64,000 nucleotides of DNA from Patescibacteria group bacterium (GTDB lineage: Bacteria > Patescibacteriota > Patescibacteriia > Magasanikbacterales > GWA2-37-8): assembly GCA_004321885.1 (NCBI GenBank), contig SCQK01000013.1:96001-160000 (forward strand), written 5' to 3'. The position numbers and the translations under genes are program-made. Positions 1 to 7,900 of the stretch are shown here, piece after piece; the first letter of the stretch is position 1, and every line of letters begins with the position of its first letter. The notes under the pieces were generated by a model. It did not search any database. It was given only the letters and a program-made list of their open reading frames with translations, and had not been told where the DNA came from.

Positions 1-2
1 TT

Positions 3-197
3 GTGTCCGCTAAAACCGTAAAGAATCATTGGTATTATGGCTGGGGAATCAAGGTGTGGTTTTGGCCCAAGATGTGGATTTACAATGTTTCCGGTTTTGA
101 CGCGATTGAAATAAAACTGAAAAATGGTAAAACGTACAGAATAGGCACGGATGAACCTGAAAAATTGGAGCAGACAATTTTTAATTCGATTAAATAA
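3..197 (+). CDS. C-terminal fragment of a small PH-domain-like protein (partial at window edge)
   Basis: ORF runs in from the window edge; GWGIKVWFWPKMW...YRIGT resembles bacterial PH-like membrane-associated domains; weak. Confidence 0.25.
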   Translation: MSAKTVKNHWYYGWGIKVWFWPKMWIYNVSGFDAIEIKLKNGKTYRIGTDEPEKLEQTIFNSIK

Positions 198-287
198 CGA
201 GGAACGGCAAAATTCTGAACTCAAGCGCCGCCACGCTCTCACTCCACAATACTTAGTTTCTATCTCTTGACAACATATAAACTAGAA

Positions 288-681
288 TGGGGGATAGTTT
301 ACATCTTCTTATCAACAATAACTCTATGGACGACATCGCCTTCTCTGCAATGACGGAAGAAAATGAGATTGACTTTTTGCGCGATAAATCATCTCACAAA
401 TACGTATACGACAAAACTACGATTGATTCGCTTAAAAAACGTTTCGCGTTAGAGGATAGTTAGAGAAATTCTTGTTGATCTGAATTTCCAAAAACAAGGT
501 TTCGGAAAGCAACTGATGAGTATGTGCGTAGAACACGCGAGGGATAAAGGGGCCGTGGGCGTGGTGACTGAAACGGCTTTTGACAATATTCCCATGCAAA
601 AACTGTGTGAAAAACTGGGTTTTAAAAAATGGGAAAATCCGCAATGGAAAAAAGGCATAACTTACAAATTAGTATTCAATT
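288..681 (+). pseudogene. GNAT-family N-acetyltransferase disrupted by a 1-nt frameshift (N-part 288-464, C-part 467-681)
   Basis: C-part VDLNFQKQGFGKQLM...CEKLGFKK is a GNAT motif A/B region; N-part MGDSLHLL... ends at TAG 462-464, and the frame resumes at +1. Confidence 0.4.
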
Positions 682-987
682 AGATATGCGTGAGTATGTT
701 TTCAGAAAATACATCCCTGAATATCGGGCTTTTTACGCTTCAGAAAAGAAAAAAATAATAAAAGCTCTTGGCCCAACAACAAAAATTGAACACGTAGGTT
801 CAACGGCTGTTCCCGATCTTGGGGGTAAAGGTATTCTTGATATTGTCGTGGGTATCCCAAAATCAAAAAAGAGGCGGTAAAAAAAGCCCTTGGCGATGGT
901 GAAAAATACAGAAAATATAAAGAGGAATTTATTCAAAATATTTTGAGGATGAAGCCAATCAACATATTCAACGGGAGTTCGAAATAA
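629..987 (+). pseudogene. GrpB/UPF0157-like nucleotidyltransferase remnant, frameshifted at an A-run near 860-880
   Basis: IEHVGSTAVPDLGGKGILDIVVGIP matches the GrpB core; the reading frame continues in +1 after aaaaaaga (KKEAVKKALGDGEKYRKYKEEF); too short for an intact GrpB. Confidence 0.4.
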
Positions 988-990
988 ATT

Positions 991-1683
991 ATGCCCGACC
1001 CATCCCAATTCACCGGCGACAAAAAAGTGGGGCAAAACTCACTGTTTAGCGCTCCGGAAAAAAAGTTCATAAACTGGGCCGCGCCAAAAGTGCCGGCTCG
1101 GATCAAAAGCCATCACCTCACCTACTCCACCATTGTTTGGAGTTTGGGTATAATTTTATTCGGCTATTTGGCGCAAGACGACCTCAACTGGCTGTGGGGA
1201 GCAAGCGCCATGATTTTATTGCAATGGCTCACGGATGTGCTGGACGGGGCGGTTGGCAGACGCAGAAACAAGGGGTTGGTCAAGTGGGGCTATTACATGG
1301 ACCATTTTCTGGACTATATTTTTCTCTGCTCGGTGCTTATCGGCTATTCGTTTTTCCTAAACGACTACTTGGACAATTCGCTGTTCTTTATTTTGGCGGT
1401 TTTCGGCGGCTTCATGGTCAATTCCTACTTGTCGTTCGCGGCCACAGGCGAATTCCGCATTACCTACCTCAAAATCGGCCCCACCGAGATGCGACTGGTG
1501 TTTATTATCGTCAACACCCTGCTTGTGATTTTCGGAAAAACTTACATGGCGCGCGCTCTTCCCTACGTGCTCGCTTTTTCCGCGGCCGGATTGTGGCTGG
1601 TGGTGTACAGAACCCAGAAAATGATTTGGAAAAAGGACATGGAAGCCAAAAATCCTAACGCAATTGAATCGTCTGGGCGGTGA
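991..1683 (+). CDS. CDP-alcohol phosphatidyltransferase family protein
   Basis: D(x)2DG(x)2AR(x)8G(x)3G(x)3D signature in DVLDGAVGRRRNKGLVKWGYYMDHFLDYI; multiple TM segments. Confidence 0.65.
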   Translation: MPDPSQFTGDKKVGQNSLFSAPEKKFINWAAPKVPARIKSHHLTYSTIVWSLGIILFGYLAQDDLNWLWGASAMILLQWLTDVLDGAVGRRRNKGLVKWGYYMDHFLDYIFLCSVLIGYSFFLNDYLDNSLFFILAVFGGFMVNSYLSFAATGEFRITYLKIGPTEMRLVFIIVNTLLVIFGKTYMARALPYVLAFSAAGLWLVVYRTQKMIWKKDMEAKNPNAIESSGR

Positions 1684-2071
1684 TACTGCCGTCCGAATTA
1701 GCCGCGCCGCCGGCCACGACATTCTCCCCCACCTTCAAATCATCAGCCGATCCGTCGGCTGATTTTGTTATTTGCGTGGAAGTGGAAAAAAATACTATTT
1801 TTGAACCGCCGTCGCGTAATTTAAGAGTAAGACTTTTGTCGTCTTTGGAGATAACTTCACCGGTCACGAAACCGGCGCCGCCGTCAAAACCCTGCCCTTG
1901 TCCGTTTCTTCTTGCCGCGCCTCCCTGGCCTTGCCCGCCTTGGACAAATCTCTGAAAATTATTTTGCCTGTTGGCGGCGACTTGGCTTTGGTTGAATTTC
2001 ATTCCGCCATAAAACGAACCGCCTCCGACCGCTATTAAAACGATGATAAATACCGGCAACATTTTTTTCAT
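1655..2071 (-). CDS. secreted/membrane-anchored hypothetical protein (DUF5666-like beta-rich domain), last gene of the efflux cluster
   Basis: N-terminal TM or signal peptide MKKMLPVFIIVLIAVGGG, G/Q-rich linker, C-terminal beta-strand-like repeats. Confidence 0.5.
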   Translation of the reverse strand: MKKMLPVFIIVLIAVGGGSFYGGMKFNQSQVAANRQNNFQRFVQGGQGQGGAARRNGQGQGFDGGAGFVTGEVISKDDKSLTLKLRDGGSKIVFFSTSTQITKSADGSADDLKVGENVVAGGAANSDGSITAQTIQLR

Positions 2072-2123
2072 ATAAATTAATTACCCCTCCTTAATCCTCC
2101 CCTTAATAAGGGGGGGGAAATTG

Positions 2124-3347
2124 TTATTCGTAACGCAAAGCGTCTATCGGGTTAAGGGCCGCCGCACGCCTGGCCGGATAATAGCCAAAGATTATGCCGA
2201 TGGCGGCGGAAACGCCGAAAGCCAACAAGATCGAAAACAGCGAAACTTTAGTCTGCAAAATACCCAGCCGGGTGACGCCGAATGAGATCAGCCAACCCAA
2301 AATTACGCCGATCAGACCGCCCAAAAAAGTAAGCGCCACGGCCTCGGTTAAAAACTGAAAATTTATCTCATTGCGCTTGGCGCCGATGGCTTTGCGCAAA
2401 CCGATTTCCCTGGTTCTTTCCGTTACCGTGGTTAACATCATATTCATAATGCCGATGCCTCCCACCACCAGCGAGATGCCGGCCACGGCGGCCAAAAGGA
2501 TCGTAAACGTCTGGGTAACGCTGGAAGCGGCGGCTACGATGTCGGCCTGGTTTAGGGTGTTGAAATCTGCCAATTGCGGATCGGAAATATTATGTCTGTT
2601 CAGCAACAAGCCGGTAATCTCTTGCTGTATTTCGGCCATTGATTGTGAATCTTTGGCTTGCACGCTGATGGTGGTAACGTAAGAATCACCGGCCAAAAAT
2701 TTTTGCGCCGTGCTGATGGGAATAAAAATCATGTCATCCTGACTGCCAAAACCGCCTCCGCCTTTTGTCCTGGTGATGCCGATAATCTTAAACTCTATGC
2801 CCCTGACGCGTATTACCTGTCCCACGGCCTGCACGCCCTCGCCAAACAAGTCATCGCGCGCCGTGGGCCCGAGCACCGCCACTTTGGACAGCCCGCGCAA
2901 GTGCTGTTCGGATATAAAATCTCCCTGGTCTATCTGTATATTTCGCACAGCCGGATAAGCGGGCACGGTGCCAACTACCGAGGTGTTGGTGTTCTTGCCT
3001 TTGGCCGTTACCTGATAACGGCCGGATATCTCGGGAGCGACCGCCTGGGCCAGGGTGATTTCTTTGATGATGGCGTCGGCATCGGCCTGGGTGAGAGTGC
3101 GGGCCGAGCCGCGCCCGGCGCTAACCTGAAAACCCGGCCCTCTCTGCGCCCCGGGCATTACCAAAATCAAATTGGAGCCGATTGATTGAATACTGTTTTG
3201 AATAGTGCCTTTGGCTCCTTCACCGATGGCGATCATGGCTATCACCGAGCTGATACCGATGACAATGCCCAGAATGGTCAAAAACGACCGCGCTTTGTTG
3301 GCGGAAAGGGCCATATATGTTTCCTGCATCATGTCGCTTGTTTTCAT
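2124..3347 (-). CDS. ABC transporter permease, MacB/FtsX family
   Basis: N-terminal TM, large periplasmic domain, C-terminal FtsX 3-TM domain; 4-nt overlap with the upstream ATPase gene. Confidence 0.85.
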   Translation of the reverse strand: MKTSDMMQETYMALSANKARSFLTILGIVIGISSVIAMIAIGEGAKGTIQNSIQSIGSNLILVMPGAQRGPGFQVSAGRGSARTLTQADADAIIKEITLAQAVAPEISGRYQVTAKGKNTNTSVVGTVPAYPAVRNIQIDQGDFISEQHLRGLSKVAVLGPTARDDLFGEGVQAVGQVIRVRGIEFKIIGITRTKGGGGFGSQDDMIFIPISTAQKFLAGDSYVTTISVQAKDSQSMAEIQQEITGLLLNRHNISDPQLADFNTLNQADIVAAASSVTQTFTILLAAVAGISLVVGGIGIMNMMLTTVTERTREIGLRKAIGAKRNEINFQFLTEAVALTFLGGLIGVILGWLISFGVTRLGILQTKVSLFSILLAFGVSAAIGIIFGYYPARRAAALNPIDALRYE

Positions 3348-4039
3348 ACTCGTGTTTTAGCGTCGTTCACCAATTCGCCGTCTCTGATGGAAATAACCCT
3401 GCCGGCGTGCTGCGCCACTTCTCGTTCATGGGTGATCAAAACGATAGTCCGACCCTGTTCTTGATTCAATTTTTGAAATGTTTCCAGAACGATTTTTCCG
3501 GTTTTGGTATCCAAATTGCCGGTGGGCTCATCGGCTAAAATCAAAACCGGATTGTTGACCAGGGCCCGGGCAATGGCCACGCGCTGTACCTGCCCGCCCG
3601 ACAATTGATTGGGGCGGTGTTCAAAACGGCTTTCTTCCAAACCGGCCGCTTTCAGAGCCAAAGTGGCGCGCTCCTCCCTTTCCTTCTCTTCCACTTCGGC
3701 GTAGACGAGCGGCAACATTACGTTTCTTATCACCGTGGCCCTGGGCAAAAGATTAAATTGCTGGAAGACAAAACCGATTTTATTTTTGCGCAAATCAGCC
3801 AGTTCATCCTCGGAAAAATCAGCCACGTTTTTGTCGTTAAAAAAATACGCGCCGGAAGTGGGGTTGTCCAAGGCCCCCAAAATATGCATAAGCGTGGACT
3901 TGCCCGAACCGGAAGGGCCCATAATAGCGACAAACTCGCCGTCTTCTATCTTGAAACTAACGCCTTTTAGAGCCTGAAATTGACCGCCATCGCCGCTAAT
4001 GTAGGTTTTTACGACATTCTTAACCTCTAACATAATCAA
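3344..4039 (-). CDS. ABC transporter ATP-binding protein (MacB/LolD-type)
   Basis: Walker [13 protein letters not shown] signature [15 protein letters not shown], Walker [12 protein letters not shown]. Confidence 0.9.
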   Translation of the reverse strand: MIMLEVKNVVKTYISGDGGQFQALKGVSFKIEDGEFVAIMGPSGSGKSTLMHILGALDNPTSGAYFFNDKNVADFSEDELADLRKNKIGFVFQQFNLLPRATVIRNVMLPLVYAEVEEKEREERATLALKAAGLEESRFEHRPNQLSGGQVQRVAIARALVNNPVLILADEPTGNLDTKTGKIVLETFQKLNQEQGRTIVLITHEREVAQHAGRVISIRDGELVNDAKTRV

Positions 4040-5856
4040 CGGGTTTGCATCCGGAAAGTGCCGCCGCCCGCCCCTCCCGCGCCCCGATTGCCGCCTCCAC
4101 CAAACAAACTGGGGGCCTGCTGGCTTGGCGCGGCGGCCGTCTGGGTGATGGTTCTTGAAACCACCAAATCACCTTCCTTCAGTCCGCTTATAATTTCAAT
4201 GGAAGTATCGTTGGAAATGCCTGTCTCCACGTTTTGCCGGCGCGGCGGCGCAGCCGATATAACGCCCTGATTGCCGCCCGCCTGCGACACGCCGTCTAAA
4301 ATTTCCACGTAACTGGCATCGCCTTGCGTTTTTACGGCGGCCGAGGGAATTAGCAAAACATCTTGTTTCACGTCGGTGATTATGGAAGCCGAAACGCTCA
4401 TGCCCGGCTTGACTTGTTTGTCCTGCGTATCAAAAACGATTTTCACGTTATAGGTGACCACTCCCTGCGTTACCGTTCCAAGCGCATCAATTTCCGCAAC
4501 CTTGCCCGTCATATTCAAACCCTCTATGGCGTCAAACGTCAAAGTGGTTTTTTGACTCGGCTTGACTTTGGCCGCGTCAACCTCGTTTAAAGAAATCTCG
4601 GCCAGCTTCTGTTTGGTAATCAACGTGGCGGCCGCGACTCCGGCTGAAAGAGAATCGCCTTTTTTTACGGTCACCGAAGCCACCACCCCGTCAAACGGGG
4701 CGCGCACCGCGTAATCGGCCAGCTTTTCCCGGGCATCAGTCAAGGCATTCACGCGCTGGGCCACTGCCAGCTCCTGGGATTTTATATCCAACGGATCCGC
4801 CCCCCCCTTTAAGTCGGCCAGCGACAATGTCTTTTCCGTGATGGCGCGGTCGGCGCTGACAATACTATTTTTGGCGCTGTCTATGGCCTGCTTCGCCGAT
4901 AACAAATTCGCCAGCTGGTTGTTGACCTTGGCGGTGAAAGAATCAAGCGATGTCTGGTGGGTGGACACGGCCGCCGGAATCGTGATTCTAATCTGTGATT
5001 GGGCCTGTATCATGGCGTTTTGCGCCGCGTCCACAAAATCATTCATATTTTTCACCGCGTCGGCTATCAGCTTGGCTGTTTCATAAGTTTCAAAAATAAT
5101 ATTTTCCAAAGTGGAAGTGGAAGAGACGCGCGAAGACAATTTGTAGGCGTCAAAGGTAGTATTAAAATCAATGCGCGCCTTGTCATAAGAATTCACCGCG
5201 TCATTTTTATAGCTAACGTATTTGGGATAATTGGCATAATCGTATTGCGCCGACTGCTCCAGATACCAGTTTATGTTTGACTTGGTCGCGTCAAAAGTTT
5301 TGCCGTAAATCATGTCCTCCAATCCCGTCATTGTGGCGGGCAAATCCAAAAAAGCGGCGGCCACGTCATTGTAGCCGTCATCGTAAGACTTGTCTAAATC
5401 GCTTTGGGCCGTGACTTTCGCTTCCCTGGATTGTTCCAAGTCATTTTCCGCCTGCAAAACAGACAGCGGATCAGCCGCCTTTTTCAATTTATTCAAAGAC
5501 AATTTGGCCGAAGTTAGATTTGACTGGGCGTCACGCACGGCTTTCAAGGCGTCCTTGGCGTTAAGCGAAACCAAAATCGCGCCGGCCTTCACTTCTTGCC
5601 CCTGTTTTACCGCCACGTAAAGAACATCGCCCGATGCTTTTGCTTTGGCATCGGCCTGGTTGGACGCCGCTATCTGCCCGCTGCCGGTAATGGAATTTAT
5701 CAACGTTCCTCTTTCCGCGGCCGCCAAAACATATCTAATTTCCGTTTTACCGCCGGCCGCGGCTTTAATGATATAGTAACCTCCGAACGCGAGCGCGATT
5801 ATTATCAGCCCGAAAATTATTTTATGATTTTTCACGAATTGTAAAATTTTTCGCAT
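4036..5856 (-). CDS. HlyD/MacA-like periplasmic adaptor with a very long coiled coil and a Gly-rich C-terminal tail
   Basis: N-terminal TM; lipoyl-like half (LYVAVKQGQEVKAGAIL); roughly 300 aa of predicted coiled coil; beta-barrel half; C-terminal GGGGNRGAGGAGGG tail. Confidence 0.7.
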   Translation of the reverse strand: MRKILQFVKNHKIIFGLIIIALAFGGYYIIKAAAGGKTEIRYVLAAAERGTLINSITGSGQIAASNQADAKAKASGDVLYVAVKQGQEVKAGAILVSLNAKDALKAVRDAQSNLTSAKLSLNKLKKAADPLSVLQAENDLEQSREAKVTAQSDLDKSYDDGYNDVAAAFLDLPATMTGLEDMIYGKTFDATKSNINWYLEQSAQYDYANYPKYVSYKNDAVNSYDKARIDFNTTFDAYKLSSRVSSTSTLENIIFETYETAKLIADAVKNMNDFVDAAQNAMIQAQSQIRITIPAAVSTHQTSLDSFTAKVNNQLANLLSAKQAIDSAKNSIVSADRAITEKTLSLADLKGGADPLDIKSQELAVAQRVNALTDAREKLADYAVRAPFDGVVASVTVKKGDSLSAGVAAATLITKQKLAEISLNEVDAAKVKPSQKTTLTFDAIEGLNMTGKVAEIDALGTVTQGVVTYNVKIVFDTQDKQVKPGMSVSASIITDVKQDVLLIPSAAVKTQGDASYVEILDGVSQAGGNQGVISAAPPRRQNVETGISNDTSIEIISGLKEGDLVVSRTITQTAAAPSQQAPSLFGGGGNRGAGGAGGGTFRMQTR

Positions 5857-5857
5857 A

Positions 5858-6328
5858 CTAAGGCATAACCCTGATAAATTTCGCTTCTATCTGGCCAACG
5901 TCATTGGGCGAGCCGATGACCACGATATAACTGTCAACTTTCAAATCCCCGGGCTTGACCAAATCGCGAAAAAAACGGATGGCGGTGTTGTCTTTAAGCA
6001 AAACTATCTTTTCCATGCCTTCGCGACTTTTAATCACCAACTGCTTATCTTCAATTTTAATGATTTGCCCGAAAACGCCGTTGGCATTCATAAAATCTCG
6101 GCTTCCTATGACGTTCATCATGCCCATAAAGCCCGTTCTCGGACCGCCGAAATTGCGATGGTAATTATCGCTCCAGCGGTAAGAAAAGCCGGCTTTTCTG
6201 GCGCCGACAAACACGCCAGCTTGAAAAACAAAAAGCAGTAAAAGCAGGCAGCCGACGGACAAGACGGCGATGATAAACGATTTTGACGCCAAAAAGCTAC
6301 TTTTGATATTGATATTTTTGTTCTCCAT
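5858..6328 (-). CDS. hypothetical membrane-anchored extracytoplasmic protein
   Basis: single N-terminal TM; overlaps the upstream gene by 32 nt (translational coupling) in the sigma/efflux cluster. Confidence 0.45.
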   Translation of the reverse strand: MENKNINIKSSFLASKSFIIAVLSVGCLLLLLFVFQAGVFVGARKAGFSYRWSDNYHRNFGGPRTGFMGMMNVIGSRDFMNANGVFGQIIKIEDKQLVIKSREGMEKIVLLKDNTAIRFFRDLVKPGDLKVDSYIVVIGSPNDVGQIEAKFIRVMP

Positions 6329-6716
6329 AAATTATGATGCCGCGCACGAACAGCCTTAGCGATATTAAAAGCGCCAAAACCGCGGCGAGCAAAATTATTA
6401 AACCCATCACCGGCAATGATTCAAGCAAAGACCAGGCAAAATCCTGCCAATAGGCGTAGACCGAGCCAAAATCGGAAAATAACAGGGAAAAAAACTTAAA
6501 AAATCCGGATTCGGCAAAACCGCGCCCGGCCAGACGCAGGGCGCCCACCAGCGCGACCGCCGAACACAACGTACTGGCGAAAAAAATTACCAGTTTCCGC
6601 CTTAAAGCCAAAAATACCCGCTCTTTTTGAATGCGGTTCATTACTTTATCCAAAAGTTCCTCAGCCGGCCGGGGCGAACTTATATTGGTAAACAATTTTT
6701 CAAAATCTTGGCGCAT
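6297..6716 (-). CDS. putative anti-sigma factor (short cytoplasmic N-terminus plus TM segments)
   Basis: immediately downstream of an ECF sigma factor; roughly 35-aa cytoplasmic head then hydrophobic helices. Confidence 0.4.
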   Translation of the reverse strand: MRQDFEKLFTNISSPRPAEELLDKVMNRIQKERVFLALRRKLVIFFASTLCSAVALVGALRLAGRGFAESGFFKFFSLLFSDFGSVYAYWQDFAWSLLESLPVMGLIILLAAVLALLISLRLFVRGIIIYGEQKYQYQK

Positions 6717-6778
6717 ATTATTCGCCTTAAAAAAAGACCTCTGCTAACTAATACGCACGGGGTCCTTGTTTTGGTGCG

Positions 6779-7405
6779 CTAATCCGCCCGCAAAAGCTTT
6801 TTTAGGGCTACCAGCGCGCGCAAATGGCGGCTTTTTACGGTGTTAAGCGGTTCGTCCAAAGTTTCGGCGATTTCTTGAAAAGTAAGATGGTCGTTGTAAT
6901 GAAGAAACAGCACATCGCGGTAAGCCGGGGCCAATGAAGCCACGGCCCGGGCCAATTCCTCCGCTAAATTTTTCCGCTCGTACAGCTCCGCGGGCAATGG
7001 CGACGGATCGGCTAATGTCTCTTCAAACCTCTCCGCTTCTTCAGCGCCCGAGTCCAATTGAGAAAAAACCGGCATCTTTTTTTTGCGTAAAAAATCAACG
7101 GCCGTATTATGGGCGATTCTGAAAATCCACGGTTTGAAACTTTTTGTTTGGTCAAATTTCTTCAAATTGCGCCAACATTTGACAAAAGTTTCTTGGGCCG
7201 CGTCTTCGGCATCGGGCGCGTTGCCAAGCCGCCTGTATAAAAAAGCGTAAATCGGCCCCAGCCAGCGGGAAAACAAAAACTCCAGCGCCTTTTGGTCGCC
7301 GCTTAAATATTCGGCCACGAGTTGTGGGTCGGACAATTCTTGCACAAGATAAAGTATATCATTATTTTTGAAAATGTGGTATAATATTGTCGCTATGCCA
7401 GACAT
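6779..7405 (-). CDS. ECF-type RNA polymerase sigma-70 family factor (start moved to the internal Met; the ORF-track start 7588 gives an S/G-rich extension)
   Basis: region 2 (FLFSRWLGPIYAFLYRRLGNAPDAEDAAQETFVKCWRN, FKPWIFRIAHN) and region 4 HTH (LTFQEIAETLDEPLNTVKSRHLRA). Confidence 0.75.
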   Translation of the reverse strand: MSGIATILYHIFKNNDILYLVQELSDPQLVAEYLSGDQKALEFLFSRWLGPIYAFLYRRLGNAPDAEDAAQETFVKCWRNLKKFDQTKSFKPWIFRIAHNTAVDFLRKKKMPVFSQLDSGAEEAERFEETLADPSPLPAELYERKNLAEELARAVASLAPAYRDVLFLHYNDHLTFQEIAETLDEPLNTVKSRHLRALVALKKLLRAD

Positions 7406-7898
7406 AAGCGAGGAGAAACCGTTAGCGGCAGTTGAAGAGAAACCAGCCACTGAAAACGAAACCGAAACGCCCCAGGCGGACCCGGCCGTTGTTGAAGTTG
7501 AGCAAGCGCCGGAAACGGACGAAAAGAAGCCTGAAGCAGAGCCGGCAAGAACCGAGGCTGTCTCCAAGCCGCGTTTTTCGCCTTTCAAAAAACCCGCTCT
7601 GCATTTGCCTCAAAGCCGAGACGAGGTCACGATGAAGATTGAAAAAATTTTAGAGGACGGCTTGAATGAACCATACCAACGCCTGTCGCCCATCGCGCGC
7701 AAGGAATTCAAACTCAAAGGCGAGCAGACCGCGGCCAAAATCCGCGAGCTGATGAGAAGCGCGCGCGTGAAAGCGAAAAAAATCTTGCGCCTGATTTTGG
7801 AGTGGCTAAAAATGCTGCCCGGCATAAACAAATTTTTTCTGGAACAGGAAGCGAAGATAAAAACGGATAAGATAATGGCGCTCAAGAGGGTTTCTTAA
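7395..7898 (+). CDS. hypothetical protein with an acidic E/P/A-rich N-terminus and a conserved basic C-terminal domain; alternative start 7630
   Basis: ORF directly precedes the ATPase gene (3-nt gap); the N-terminal low-complexity part overlaps the divergent sigma gene, so the true start is uncertain. Confidence 0.4.
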   Translation: MPDISEEKPLAAVEEKPATENETETPQADPAVVEVEQAPETDEKKPEAEPARTEAVSKPRFSPFKKPALHLPQSRDEVTMKIEKILEDGLNEPYQRLSPIARKEFKLKGEQTAAKIRELMRSARVKAKKILRLILEWLKMLPGINKFFLEQEAKIKTDKIMALKRVS

Positions 7899-7900
7899 CT

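Noticed and set aside
1137-1658. 173-aa alternative-frame ORF within the CDP-alcohol phosphatidyltransferase gene
   Set aside because: It is Arg/Gly-rich low-complexity. The other frame carries the family signature.
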